From NCBI RefSeq assembly GCF_002836355.1, contig NZ_PJCA01000027.1:38281-62280 (forward strand): DNA of 24,000 nucleotides, given 5' to 3'. The notes beneath the pieces are model-generated. The model saw nothing but the letters and a program-made list of their open reading frames with translations. It did not search any database and was not told the DNA's origin. Position numbers and translations under genes: made by a program. Position 1 is the stretch's first letter. Each line of letters starts with the position of its first letter. This stretch comes from Moritella sp. Urea-trap-13. Lineage in GTDB: Bacteria > Pseudomonadota > Gammaproteobacteria > Enterobacterales > Moritellaceae. Positions 8,625 through 24,000 of the stretch are shown piece after piece.

Positions 8625-9554
8625 GTGGACAGGATTTTTATTGACGAAGCAGTCAAAGAGTTAACGACAATACAAGATATCATCCGTTGGGCGGTTAGCC
8701 GTTTTAACGATGCCGGTATTTTTTATGGTCACGGTACCGATAATGCGTGGGATGAAGCTGTACAGTTGATCTTACCGACACTACATTTACCATTAGATAT
8801 TGACCCTCAAATTCGTCATGCGAAACTGCTTACTTCTGAACGTCAAAAATTGGTTGAGCTCATTGTTCGCCGCGTTAATGAACGTATCCCAGCTGCATAC
8901 CTGACTAACAAAGCTTGGTTTGCTGGTTTAGAGTTTTTTGTTGATGAACGTGTTTTAGTGCCACGCTCACCGTTCGCAGAACTTATCATGAACGGTTTCC
9001 AACCTTGGTTGACACACGAACCTATGCGTATTCTGGATATGTGTACGGGTAGTGGTTGTATTGCGATTGCGATGTCACACGCATTCCCAGATTCAGAAAT
9101 TGATGCGGTTGATATTGAACACGGCGCGATTGAAGTTGCCGAAATTAATATTCAAGATCATGGTGTTGATCAGCAAGTAACACCAATTCAATCTGACTTG
9201 TTCTCTAACTTAACGGGTTTACGTTACGATATGATCGTATCTAATCCTCCTTACGTTGATCAAGAAGACATTGATAACCTACCTGAAGAGTTCAAGCATG
9301 AACCTGAGATTGGTTTACAGTCTGGTTTTGATGGCCTAGAGCTAACGCTTAAAATGATTGCTCAAGCACCTGATATGCTAAACGATGGTGGTTTACTGTT
9401 CGTTGAGATCGGTAACAGCATGGTTCACATGCAAGAGAAGTTCCCAGAAGTACCATTTACATGGTTAGAAATGCAAAATGGCGGCCACGGTATCTTCGTG
9501 ATCAGCAAAGAGCAGATCGAAGATTCAATGGCAGAGTTTGCTCCGTTTAAATAA
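8625..9554 (+). CDS. prmB: 50S ribosomal protein L3 N5-glutamine methyltransferase PrmB
   Basis: The NPPY catalytic motif (VSNPPYVD) and SAM motif ([14 protein letters not shown]) are present. The N-terminus [18 protein letters not shown] matches the E. coli MDKIFVDEAV... I re-called the start as GTG 8625 because GGAG lies 6 nt upstream; the track's TTG 8583 extension has no SD. Confidence 0.9.
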   Translation: MDRIFIDEAVKELTTIQDIIRWAVSRFNDAGIFYGHGTDNAWDEAVQLILPTLHLPLDIDPQIRHAKLLTSERQKLVELIVRRVNERIPAAYLTNKAWFAGLEFFVDERVLVPRSPFAELIMNGFQPWLTHEPMRILDMCTGSGCIAIAMSHAFPDSEIDAVDIEHGAIEVAEINIQDHGVDQQVTPIQSDLFSNLTGLRYDMIVSNPPYVDQEDIDNLPEEFKHEPEIGLQSGFDGLELTLKMIAQAPDMLNDGGLLFVEIGNSMVHMQEKFPEVPFTWLEMQNGGHGIFVISKEQIEDSMAEFAPFK

Positions 9555-9591
9555 ATAGTCGTACTGTTTAAATAGCCTTGCGAGCAAAACG

Positions 9592-9621
9592 AAGAGCAAC
9601 CTAATGTGTTGCTCTTTGTTT
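9592..9621. terminator. Probable bidirectional terminator between prmB (+) and the secreted-protein gene (-)
   Basis: The stem is AAGAGCAAC / GTTGCTCTT with a 7-nt loop. It is followed by TGTTT on the plus strand and CGTTTTG on the minus strand. Confidence 0.65.
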
Positions 9622-9646
9622 AACTGTCATAAAGTTAGTATTGTGA

Positions 9647-10210
9647 TCAATCGAGTATGATCACAAATAAGCAATCAAATGCAATTGGTTCACCAGGATT
9701 GCCTGCAAAATTCGTCATATCAACCATGCCAGACAAACGTACTGTTCCAGTACTGTTCCTAAATCGTCCTGTTCCTTCTAAGATCGCATTCTCTGTACCA
9801 GCAGCGCCAGTGACATGCGTTATTAATTGCCCATCTGCAGTGGTTATACCGTGCGTCACTGGTTGCACTGTCGTGTTCCCTCTCGTGACTAGGTTTCCTT
9901 GCGGTAAATTAAAATAAGTTGTGCCAACTAAGCCTAGACCAGAACCAATGGGCGTAATGTTAGAAAGGCAATCTGTAGCCGTTCCGACCTGTTGGCCATT
10001 TTTTGAATTGATTAAGTCGACATCAAAACAGATCGCAGGATCATCGACATCATCGCCATCAATATCTGGAACCGTTCTTTCGTACATCGCACCAGAGCCA
10101 ACTAAATTCATCACCAGTATCTTCCCTCCTTTCTTATCTGCGGCTGACACTGCTGATGAAAGACCGAGGGAAATAGAGATAACAGCTATAATTACAATTT
10201 TTATGTTCAT
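9647..10210 (-). CDS. Hypothetical secreted protein (~187 aa); weak dirigent/allene-oxide-cyclase-barrel-like signature
   Basis: I re-called the start at ATG 10210 because AAGGGA lies 9 nt upstream; the track start 10288 has no SD. A classic Sec signal is present (MNIKIVIIAVISISLGLSSAVSA/ADKK). The mature part is Gly/Thr-rich and beta-type. The ILEGTGRFRNSTG motif resembles the dirigent GGTGxFxxARG motif, but this family call is tentative. Confidence 0.65.
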   Translation of the reverse strand: MNIKIVIIAVISISLGLSSAVSAADKKGGKILVMNLVGSGAMYERTVPDIDGDDVDDPAICFDVDLINSKNGQQVGTATDCLSNITPIGSGLGLVGTTYFNLPQGNLVTRGNTTVQPVTHGITTADGQLITHVTGAAGTENAILEGTGRFRNSTGTVRLSGMVDMTNFAGNPGEPIAFDCLFVIILD

Positions 10211-10681
10211 AATAAATTGTCCCTTCACAACAATACTTACAATGATAGAAAGTATGTTTGTGATAATGAGTAAATTAATGTTATGCATTATTTTTGAACT
10301 TGTTTGTATGGCAATGAAAATAAAGTGGTTTTATTTTCAAAATGTTTTTTTAATTGGACGCACTGACATCCATGATTTCGAATCACCATGTAGCCGTGTT
10401 TATGTTGATACATTTAGATGTAAGGAAGTAACACAAACAATAGCACAGCACTTAAAGTTTACAAGGCGATCACTCTGTACGACACTTGGTATTAAGTGTT
10501 AAATTCTGCGTTTGTTTTTTTATCTTTAGGCGGTTATATATTGTTGGCTGGTTGAGGCATTTTCTAGTTGGGTTTATGATTCGCTCGGTCTTAACTTTTT
10601 TCTCTGTTTGCTATTGTCGCTAAGCCGCGGGTCTTGTATTCTCGAAGGTATCGGTAAGCATTATATAAAGGAAACGCTGTT

Positions 10682-11770
10682 ATGGCAGGGAATAGTATTG
10701 GGCAATTATTTAAGATCTCCACATTCGGAGAAAGCCATGGTCCAGCACTTGGGTGCATTGTTGACGGCTGCCCTCCAGGACTGGAAATTTCACTAGAAGA
10801 TCTACAGCTTGATCTTGACCGCCGTAAGCCTGGCACATCTCGCTATACTACCCAACGACGTGAAGCAGACGAAGTTCAGATCCTTTCTGGTATTTTTGAA
10901 GGTAAAACCACAGGTTGTTCAATTGGACTGATGATCAAGAATACCGATCAACGTTCACAAGATTATTCAAACATCAAAGATACCTTCCGTCCGGGTCATG
11001 CTGATTACACCTACCATCAAAAATTCGGTCACCGTGATTACCGTGGTGGCGGTCGTTCATCGGCACGTGAAACTGCAATGCGTGTTGCGGCAGGTGCAAT
11101 CGCCAAGAAATATCTAGCACAACAACACGGTATTGTTATCCGTGGTTATTTATCCCAACTGGGTCCAATCAAAGCAGAAGTACTGCAGTGGGATCAAGTT
11201 GAACAAAACCCATTTTTCTTCCCTGATCCAAGTAAATTAGAAGCGCTGGATGAATACATGCGTGGGCTGAAAAAATCAGGTGATTCTGTCGGCGCTAAAG
11301 TAACAGTTGTTGCGCAAGGCGTACCTGTTGGTTTAGGTGAACCAGTATTTGATCGTTTAGATGCTGAAATTGCCCATTCACTGATGAGCATCAACGCAGT
11401 GAAAGGCGTTGAAATAGGTGACGGTTTTGGCGTTGTAGAACAGCTTGGTAGCCAGCACCGTGATGAGATGACACCAGAAGATGGTTTCCTTTCTAATCAC
11501 GCTGGAGGCGTTCTAGGTGGCATTTCAAGTGGCCAAGATATCATTGCTCACATTGCTATGAAGCCAACTTCAAGTATTACCATTCCTGGTAAATCAATTG
11601 ATAAGTTTGGTAACGCCATTGAAGTGGTTACCAAAGGTCGTCACGATCCATGTGTAGGTATCCGCGCAGTGCCAATTGCTGAAGCACAACTTGCTATCAC
11701 GCTAATGGACCACTTGCTAAGACACCGTGCGCAGAACCTGCATGTAGTAACAGATACACCAAATATGTAG
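10682..11770 (+). CDS. aroC: Chorismate synthase AroC
   Basis: The N-terminus [20 protein letters not shown] and the motifs [24 protein letters not shown] and [18 protein letters not shown] are present. The protein is nearly collinear with E. coli AroC (361 aa). Confidence 0.97.
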   Translation: MAGNSIGQLFKISTFGESHGPALGCIVDGCPPGLEISLEDLQLDLDRRKPGTSRYTTQRREADEVQILSGIFEGKTTGCSIGLMIKNTDQRSQDYSNIKDTFRPGHADYTYHQKFGHRDYRGGGRSSARETAMRVAAGAIAKKYLAQQHGIVIRGYLSQLGPIKAEVLQWDQVEQNPFFFPDPSKLEALDEYMRGLKKSGDSVGAKVTVVAQGVPVGLGEPVFDRLDAEIAHSLMSINAVKGVEIGDGFGVVEQLGSQHRDEMTPEDGFLSNHAGGVLGGISSGQDIIAHIAMKPTSSITIPGKSIDKFGNAIEVVTKGRHDPCVGIRAVPIAEAQLAITLMDHLLRHRAQNLHVVTDTPNM

Positions 11771-11807
11771 TTTTTGCTTGGCTAGGAATAGTTAGACTGT
11801 TAATTGA

Positions 11808-11845
11808 AAAATACCCATCAGCTTAGGTTGATGGGTATTTTTTTG
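11808..11845. terminator. Bidirectional rho-independent terminator (aroC + / 125-aa gene -)
   Basis: The stem is ATACCCATCA / TGATGGGTAT with an 8-nt loop. T-runs follow it on both strands. Confidence 0.85.
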
Positions 11846-11874
11846 TCTGTTCTATTTTCTGAGCATGATTTTTT

Positions 11875-12252
11875 CTAAAGCCTAATATCTGATATTTCAT
11901 TATATGTAATTATTTTATCTGCTGTACCTTGAATGGTTGTGCTGATTTCAATGCCATTTTTAATTGTTACAATAAGTTCTTTGCCTTTCGCCTTAGCGTA
12001 TCCAGCTTCAATGCCTAAACCGACTCCCTTTTCTGAAACATCGATGATAACCATATCTGATTGATCTATTTTAGCGAAGGTTTCTTGCATTATTTCTGTT
12101 GCTGAAAATGCACGTTCACCCCATTTCTCCATATCCCTTACAACACAATATGACTTTAACTTATGTTTAGAAAAACACAGTTCAAATTCATTGATAACGT
12201 TTCGATTTGTATTATCGGAATGATATTTAATACCAAAATATACACGTTTCAT
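11875..12252 (-). CDS. Small nucleoside 2-deoxyribosyltransferase / DNPH1(Rcl)-like fold protein (125 aa), function unknown
   Basis: The motif DVSEKGVGLGIEAGYAKAKGKELIV resembles the NDT/Rcl signature (acidic residue, G-x-G, catalytic E, G-x-A-x-x-x-GK). The N-terminus VYFGIKYH resembles the YFxG strand. The gene has its own extended -10 and is bracketed by two terminators. The family call comes from motif memory only. Confidence 0.6.
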   Translation of the reverse strand: MKRVYFGIKYHSDNTNRNVINEFELCFSKHKLKSYCVVRDMEKWGERAFSATEIMQETFAKIDQSDMVIIDVSEKGVGLGIEAGYAKAKGKELIVTIKNGIEISTTIQGTADKIITYNEISDIRL

Positions 12253-12285
12253 TAAGGTTCCATTTAATGTGTTTTACTTGGTTGT

Positions 12286-12294
12286 ATTATATCA
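12286..12294 (-). promoter_or_regulatory. Extended -10 element (TGaTATAAT) for the 125-aa gene
   Basis: The minus strand reads TTTTGATATAATACAACC about 34 nt upstream of ATG 12252. No good -35 is present, which is consistent with an extended -10 promoter. Confidence 0.35.
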
Positions 12295-12330
12295 AAAATA
12301 AAAAAGGCACTGATGATAAATATCAGTGCC
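12292..12330 (-). terminator. Rho-independent terminator ending the ebg-permease transcription unit
   Basis: The stem is GGCACTGAT / ATCAGTGCC with a 7-nt loop, followed on the minus strand by TTTTTTATTTTT. Confidence 0.85.
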
Positions 12331-12368
12331 TTTACGTTTACTTAGAATTTATCTATTTCTAATCAGGT

Positions 12369-13811
<1,443 letters not shown>

Positions 13812-13923
13812 CTATATTAATTAATATTATTAAGTGATCTTTAGTAAATGGCCACTATTAGCTTACTAAAAATTACTGTGGTTAAAGTCATTAAACAGAA
13901 CATAAGCAACAAGCCAAGTGAGT

Positions 13924-13953
13924 ATAATAGAACAGGTGGCTGTGCTTATTGAA
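13924..13953 (-). promoter_or_regulatory. Candidate internal promoter for permease paralog 1 (TTCAAT-18 nt-TATTAT on the minus strand)
   Basis: The hexamers were read on the minus strand. The -35 directly abuts the GGTGTTTAAC direct repeats. Confidence 0.3.
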
Positions 13954-13954
13954 C

Positions 13955-13977
13955 GGTGTTTAACGAAGGTGTTTAAC
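13955..13977. promoter_or_regulatory. Perfect 10-bp direct repeat GGTGTTTAAC x2 (3-bp spacer), candidate regulator binding site
   Basis: The copies lie at 13955-13964 and 13968-13977. They sit between the inter-paralog hairpin and the candidate -35. Confidence 0.4.
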
Positions 13978-13982
13978 AAAGG

Positions 13983-14007
13983 GAAGCACCGATGTCACTG
14001 GTGCTTC
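13983..14007 (-). terminator. Inter-paralog stem-loop (possible weak terminator or attenuator)
   Basis: The stem is GAAGCACC / GGTGCTTC with a 9-nt loop, 17 nt after the stop of paralog 2. The minus strand follows with only CCTTTGTT, a weak U-run. Confidence 0.35.
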
Positions 14008-14024
14008 ATGATGTAATTCAACTC

Positions 14025-15527
<1,503 letters not shown>

Positions 15528-15585
15528 TTATTTTTAGTTCTGGATACGTGCCCAGACTTTATTATTCATGTAGCTATTTATTCAA

Positions 15586-19205
<3,620 letters not shown>

Positions 19206-19408
19206 CTAAAGTTTTAGTAAAACAAATAAAAATGTTGTTTTAGTTTTAACTTGATCACACTTGATGGCGAGGTTTGTGAGCTGGCTAACGTTAATGACTC
19301 GTTGCGATGTAGCTAGAATGTGGTGCTAGTGTGATGTAGATCTCGTAATGTTAATGCGTAATTTTAAATGTTAATAGCGGATTGGTAGGTAAAGAAAGTC
19401 GAATAAAA

Positions 19409-19497
19409 ATTAAAGGCAGAATTAAAGCAGAATTAAAGCAGAGTTAAATGAAGGTTTAATGGGGATTAAAGGAGGGTAAGGGCGATTTGAAGGAAAG
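19409..19497. repeat. Degenerate ~11-bp tandem repeat (ATTAAAGCAGA-like, 6-8 units), strongly strand-skewed in G versus C
   Basis: The units are ATTAAAGGCAGA / ATTAAAGCAGA / ATTAAAGCAGAG / TTAAATGAAGG / TTTAATGGGG / ATTAAAGGAGGG and following. By hand count the plus strand has ~28 G and 4 C over 89 nt. The tract begins 51 nt downstream of the ebgR stop in the transcription direction. Confidence 0.7.
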
Positions 19498-19547
19498 TAG
19501 CAGCGTAGTCATACACTGCTTTCTTTCATTATTGAGGTGTTTAAAGC

Positions 19548-20543
<996 letters not shown>

Positions 20544-20640
20544 TCATCCTCCAGCCCAGTCATATTATTCTTTATAGGGTAGTTATTTTACGGAAAAAAT
20601 GATGATTTTGATACCTAAATCTCACTTTTAGTAAAATGTT

Positions 20641-20652
20641 TACCAATTGGTA
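20641..20652. promoter_or_regulatory. Perfect 12-bp palindrome TACCAATTGGTA in the ebgR/galE divergent control region
   Basis: The palindrome was read directly and lies 9 bp from the GalR-type dyad. The binding protein is unknown. Confidence 0.35.
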
Positions 20653-20661
20653 GTTGTTTTT

Positions 20662-20677
20662 GTGGAAACGTTTACAT
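20662..20677. promoter_or_regulatory. LacI/GalR-type operator dyad GTGGAAAC|GTTTACAT upstream of galE
   Basis: This is a 16-bp dyad centred on CG with an AAACGTTT core and 6/8 symmetric half-site positions. It lies 72 bp upstream of the galE GTG and resembles the E. coli gal operators from memory (OE GTGTAAACGATTCCAC). Confidence 0.6.
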
Positions 20678-20748
20678 TTGAGCGGTAGGGTACGTAAATA
20701 TCTTATAGATTTACCTATTTTGTGTTCAAAATTGCGGGAGAATTCATT

Positions 20749-21759
20749 GTGAAAGTACTGGTAACAGGTGGCATGGGCTACATCGGTAGTCATACATGTG
20801 TACAGATGATTGCAGCGGGCATCGAGCCTATCATTATCGATAATTTAGATAATAGTAAATTAGCTGTACTCGATCGTATTGAAGCATTAACGCAGGTGCG
20901 CCCTGTTTTCTATCAGGGAGATGTGCGTGATGAAGCCTTTCTCGACCGTATTTTCACTGAGCATACTATTGCATCGGTTATTCATTTTGCTGGATTGAAA
21001 GCCGTCGGTGAATCAGTACAAAAACCGCTGGAATATTACGACAACAATGTAAACGGATCTTTAGTACTGGCGCGATCAATGCGTAAAGCCAATGTCAAAA
21101 GCATTGTATTTAGCTCTTCGGCTACCGTGTATGGCGATCCTGAAACAGTCCCGATTACTGAAGATTCACCAACCGGTGCGACAACGAATCCTTATGGCCG
21201 CAGTAAATACATCATTGAAGAATGTTATTCAGATCTGTTTGCTGCAGATAATGATTGGAGCATTACGTTATTGCGTTACTTCAATCCGGTTGGCGCGCAT
21301 CCGTCTGGCACCATGGGTGAGGATCCTCAAGGGATCCCAAATAACTTAATGCCGTTTATTGCCCAAGTGGCTGTAGGTCGTCGTGAATCTCTGTCGGTAT
21401 TTGGTGATGATTACCCAACACCAGATGGCACTGGCGTACGAGATTATATTCACGTGATGGATTTAGCTGATGGCCACATTGCTGCATTAACGACTGTGGG
21501 TAAAAAATCAGGTCTGCATATATACAACTTAGGCACAGGTAAAGGCTCAAGTGTATTAGAAATGGTCAATGCGTTTGCACAAGCCTCTGGTCAACCAATT
21601 CCATATCAAGTATGTCCACGTCGCGCTGGTGATATTGCCGAGTGTTGGGCAAGTACAGCAAAAGCAGAAAAAGACTTAGGTTGGAAAGCCAGCCGTAATG
21701 TAATGGAAATGAGTGCCGATACATGGCGCTGGCAGTCAACTAATCCACAAGGATATTAA
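20749..21759 (+). CDS. galE: UDP-glucose 4-epimerase GalE
   Basis: The Rossmann motif [15 protein letters not shown] and the catalytic YxxxK ([10 protein letters not shown]) are present. I re-called the start as GTG 20749 because GGGAG lies 8 nt upstream and it matches the E. coli MRVLVTGG N-terminus; the track's GTG 20722 adds 9 residues. Confidence 0.95.
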   Translation: MKVLVTGGMGYIGSHTCVQMIAAGIEPIIIDNLDNSKLAVLDRIEALTQVRPVFYQGDVRDEAFLDRIFTEHTIASVIHFAGLKAVGESVQKPLEYYDNNVNGSLVLARSMRKANVKSIVFSSSATVYGDPETVPITEDSPTGATTNPYGRSKYIIEECYSDLFAADNDWSITLLRYFNPVGAHPSGTMGEDPQGIPNNLMPFIAQVAVGRRESLSVFGDDYPTPDGTGVRDYIHVMDLADGHIAALTTVGKKSGLHIYNLGTGKGSSVLEMVNAFAQASGQPIPYQVCPRRAGDIAECWASTAKAEKDLGWKASRNVMEMSADTWRWQSTNPQGY

Positions 21760-21763
21760 GCTT

Positions 21764-22843
21764 ATGTCTAGTTCAGAATTTAATAAAGAATGTAATGAAG
21801 AGTTTAACCCTATTGATCATCCGCACCGTCGTTATAACCCACTAACGGGTCAATGGATCTTAGTATCACCGCACCGAGCAAAGCGCCCGTGGAGTGGTCA
21901 AGATGAAGCTCCGGATACGGCGGAATTATCGACGTATGACCAAGACTGTTTCTTATGCCCAACTAACAAGCGTATCTCCGGTGATGAGAATCCAAATTAC
22001 GACGGCACTTATGTATTTAGCAATGACTTTGCCGCGCTGATGCCTGATTCGCCTGAAGCGCCTAAATCAACTAATCCGTTGTTCAAAACTGAAGGTGTAC
22101 GTGGGTTAAGTCGCGTTATTTGTTTTTCACCCGATCACAGTAAGACGTTACCAGAACTGCCAACGGCAAAGATCCGCGGCGTGATTGATACCTGGAATGA
22201 ACAAATTGAAGAATTAGGTAAAGAATATCTGTGGGTACAAGCGTTCGAGAATAAAGGCGCTGCAATGGGCTGTTCACAACCGCATCCACACGGACAAGTA
22301 TGGGCAAATAGTTTTTTACCTAACGAAATTGAACGTAAAGAAAAGCTACTGAAAGCATATCAGCAAGAACACTGTTCGAACTTATTAGTTGATTACGTGG
22401 AATCAGAATTACAAGACGGCGAACGTACAGTCGTTGAAACCGAGCATTGGCTTGCGGTTGTACCGTATTGGGCGGCGTGGCCGTTCGAAACGATGTTGTT
22501 GCCCAAAACACATATCCGCCGCATGAGCGAATTAACTGAAGCGCAGCGTGATGACTTAGCGTTAGCGATTAAGAAACTGACTTGCCGTTATGACAATCTG
22601 TTTCAATGTTCATTCCCTTATTCAATGGGCTGGCATTACGCACCGTTTTTTGAAGAAGGCACGGATATAGAACATTGGCAATTACACGCATTATTCTATC
22701 CGCCGCTATTACGCTCTGCATCAGTGCGTAAATTCATGGTGGGTTATGAAATGTTAGCTGAAAGCCAGCGCGATTTAACCGCCGAGCAAGCTGCGCAAAA
22801 ACTGCGTGATGTCAGCGACGTACATTATAAAGAACAAGCGTAA
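21764..22843 (+). CDS. galT: Galactose-1-phosphate uridylyltransferase GalT
   Basis: The N-terminus [25 protein letters not shown] and the active-site His-Pro-His ([12 protein letters not shown]) are present. I re-called the start as ATG 21764, 4 nt after the galE stop; the track's upstream extension overlaps the galE 3' end. Confidence 0.95.
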   Translation: MSSSEFNKECNEEFNPIDHPHRRYNPLTGQWILVSPHRAKRPWSGQDEAPDTAELSTYDQDCFLCPTNKRISGDENPNYDGTYVFSNDFAALMPDSPEAPKSTNPLFKTEGVRGLSRVICFSPDHSKTLPELPTAKIRGVIDTWNEQIEELGKEYLWVQAFENKGAAMGCSQPHPHGQVWANSFLPNEIERKEKLLKAYQQEHCSNLLVDYVESELQDGERTVVETEHWLAVVPYWAAWPFETMLLPKTHIRRMSELTEAQRDDLALAIKKLTCRYDNLFQCSFPYSMGWHYAPFFEEGTDIEHWQLHALFYPPLLRSASVRKFMVGYEMLAESQRDLTAEQAAQKLRDVSDVHYKEQA

Positions 22844-22895
22844 GCACGTTAACAAGAATAGTAAATAGCAACCCTACAAAATGTGGAAGGCACCG

Positions 22896-24000
22896 ATGAC
22901 AAATTTAATTGAAAACGTAAAAAATGCATTCAACGCAGTACTTAACTATGCACCAACGCATATTGTGCAAGCCCCAGGTCGTGTAAACCTGATTGGCGAA
23001 CATACCGATTATAACGATGGTTTTGTATTGCCTTGTGCAATCAACTATCAAACCGTGGTGGCAGCAGCAACGCGTGATGACAATATCGTGCGTGTGGTTG
23101 CCGTTGATTATGATAATGCCACGGATGAATTTGATATTACTCAGCCGATCACTTTCCAAGACGATAAAATGTGGGCGAATTATATTCGTGGTGTGGTTAA
23201 GTGTTTATTAGAGCGCGGTTTTGAATTTAAAGGTGCCGATATTGCGGTGACTGGTAATGTGCCGCAGGGGGCAGGGTTAAGCTCATCTGCAGCGCTTGAA
23301 GTGGTTATCGGTCAAACGTTTAAAGAGTTATACCATTTGAATATCACCCAAGCAGAAGTGGCCTTAAACGGCCAGCAAGCTGAAAATGAATTTGTTGGTT
23401 GTAACTGCGGCATTATGGATCAGATGGTCTCAGCACAAGGCAATGAACATCATGCCATGTTACTCGATTGTCGTAGTCTTGAAACGACTGCGGTATCTAT
23501 GCCAGAAAACATGTCGGTAGTGATCATCAACTCGAATAAGAAACGCGGGCTGGTGGATTCTGAATACAATACTCGTCGTGAGCAATGTGAAGAAGCTGCA
23601 CGTATTTTTGGTGTGAAAGCATTACGCGATGTCTCTATCGAAACATTTAATGCCAAAGAACATGAGCTGGATGAGATGGTCGCAAAACGTGCTCGTCATG
23701 TGATCACCGAGAATGATCGCACCGTTGAAGCGGCAAGTGTGTTGGCTGCTGGTGACATTAAACGTATGGCGGAGTTGATGGCAGAATCGCATGCGTCAAT
23801 GCGCGATGATTTTGAAATCACTGTGCCGGAAGTGGATACCTTGGTTAATATCGTTAAAAACGTTATCGGCGTTGAGGGCGGTGTGCGCATGACGGGTGGT
23901 GGTTTTGGTGGTTGTATCGTTGCATTAGTACCACCGGCATTAGTCGATTCAGTGCGCAGTGCAGTTGAAGAGTTGTATGAGCCAGCGACGGGTTTAAAAG
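22896..24000 (+). CDS. galK: Galactokinase GalK, 3'-truncated by the window edge
   Basis: The gene is absent from the ORF track because there is no stop in the window, so I translated it by hand. The translation reads [12 protein letters not shown]...[24 protein letters not shown], with the GHMP motif [12 protein letters not shown] and [15 protein letters not shown] lies upstream of the ATG. About 368 of the expected ~382 codons are present. Confidence 0.95.
   Translation, partial: MTNLIENVKNAFNAVLNYAPTHIVQAPGRVNLIGEHTDYNDGFVLPCAINYQTVVAAATRDDNIVRVVAVDYDNATDEFDITQPITFQDDKMWANYIRGVVKCLLERGFEFKGADIAVTGNVPQGAGLSSSAALEVVIGQTFKELYHLNITQAEVALNGQQAENEFVGCNCGIMDQMVSAQGNEHHAMLLDCRSLETTAVSMPENMSVVIINSNKKRGLVDSEYNTRREQCEEAARIFGVKALRDVSIETFNAKEHELDEMVAKRARHVITENDRTVEAASVLAAGDIKRMAELMAESHASMRDDFEITVPEVDTLVNIVKNVIGVEGGVRMTGGGFGGCIVALVPPALVDSVRSAVEELYEPATGLK

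Noticed and set aside
9657-10502. Plus-strand ORFs 9657-9917 and 9921-10502 (193 aa) antisense to the secreted-protein gene
   Set aside because: They mirror a gene that has an SD and a clear signal peptide. They have no SD and their sequence is odd and Ser/Thr/Ile-rich. Their tail extends into AT-rich intergenic DNA. I regard them as shadow ORFs.
10289-10681. Possible sRNA, small ORF or mobile-element scar in the 393-bp gap upstream of aroC
   Set aside because: I looked on both strands for stem-plus-U-run terminators, SD-ATG pairs and direct or inverted repeats matching the 9555-9650 flank. I found nothing beyond a distant CACTTAA/TTAAGTG pair and a plausible aroC promoter. The gap is reported only as unexplained DNA within the prmB-aroC finding.
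11875-12252. The idea that the NDT/DNPH1-like gene marks a defence or signalling system
   Set aside because: It is a solitary gene between two terminators. No adjacent sensor, cyclase, nuclease, TIR, SIR2 or ATPase partner is present, so a system cannot be supported from this window.
19330-19345. CRP-like site TGTGA-N6-TCTCG upstream of ebgA
   Set aside because: Only one half-site is good and the other matches 3/5. One such match in AT-rich intergenic DNA is expected by chance.
20768-20783. GTGGCATGGGCTACAT inside galE, at the position homologous to the E. coli internal gal operator OI
   Set aside because: Its similarity to OI is explained by the conserved GGxGYIG coding sequence. As a dyad it is poor (about 2 of 8 symmetric positions) and it lacks the central CG. 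I cannot support an operator call.
20572-20793. A 73-aa minus-strand ORF spanning the ebgR/galE control region into galE
   Set aside because: It lies across promoter and operator DNA and the galE start, has no SD and has an unlikely composition. It is probably not a gene.
21092-23890. Short ORFs nested in galE, galT and galK (21092-21349, 21356-21550, 22116-22307, 22320-22511, 22905-23159, 22993-23211, 23450-23656, 23696-23890)
   Set aside because: They overlap well-supported gal genes. The four after 22896 appear in the track only because the real gene there, galK, has no stop in the window.

Overview
This is an AT-rich gammaproteobacterial chromosomal segment. Gene content looks marine Vibrionales/Alteromonadales-like, but the taxon cannot be determined without a search. 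The left two thirds are core housekeeping genes in the enterobacterial-type sixA / smrB / prmB / aroC neighbourhood. In order they are a 5'-truncated PatZ/YfiQ-like lysine acetyltransferase, a LysR regulator overlapping it by 8 nt, a LysE/RhtB exporter, a 944-aa M16 (insulinase/pitrilysin-family) protease, sixA, smrB, prmB and aroC. Four small lineage-specific genes interrupt this backbone: a 65-aa ORF with complete expression signals, an 88-aa tail-anchored coiled-coil protein behind smrB, a secreted ~187-aa protein between prmB and aroC, and a 125-aa deoxyribosyltransferase/DNPH1-like protein after aroC. The right third is a beta-galactoside/galactose locus. On the minus strand it carries ebgR, ebgA, ebgC and two tandem 476-aa YgjI-like APC permeases. 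These are divergent from galE, galT and galK; galK runs off the right edge and is therefore missing from the ORF track. Several track ORFs have spurious N-terminal extensions, which I re-called from SD position and remembered E. coli N-termini. I saw no rRNA, tRNA, CRISPR, transposase, integrase or recognisable defence genes, and no convincing novel multi-gene system. The best follow-ups are the ebg cluster architecture (duplicated APC permeases, periodic C-rich rut-like tract, operator candidates) and the small orphan genes around smrB, prmB and aroC. All family calls rest on motifs read by eye and remembered homolog sequences. No searches or computations were run.
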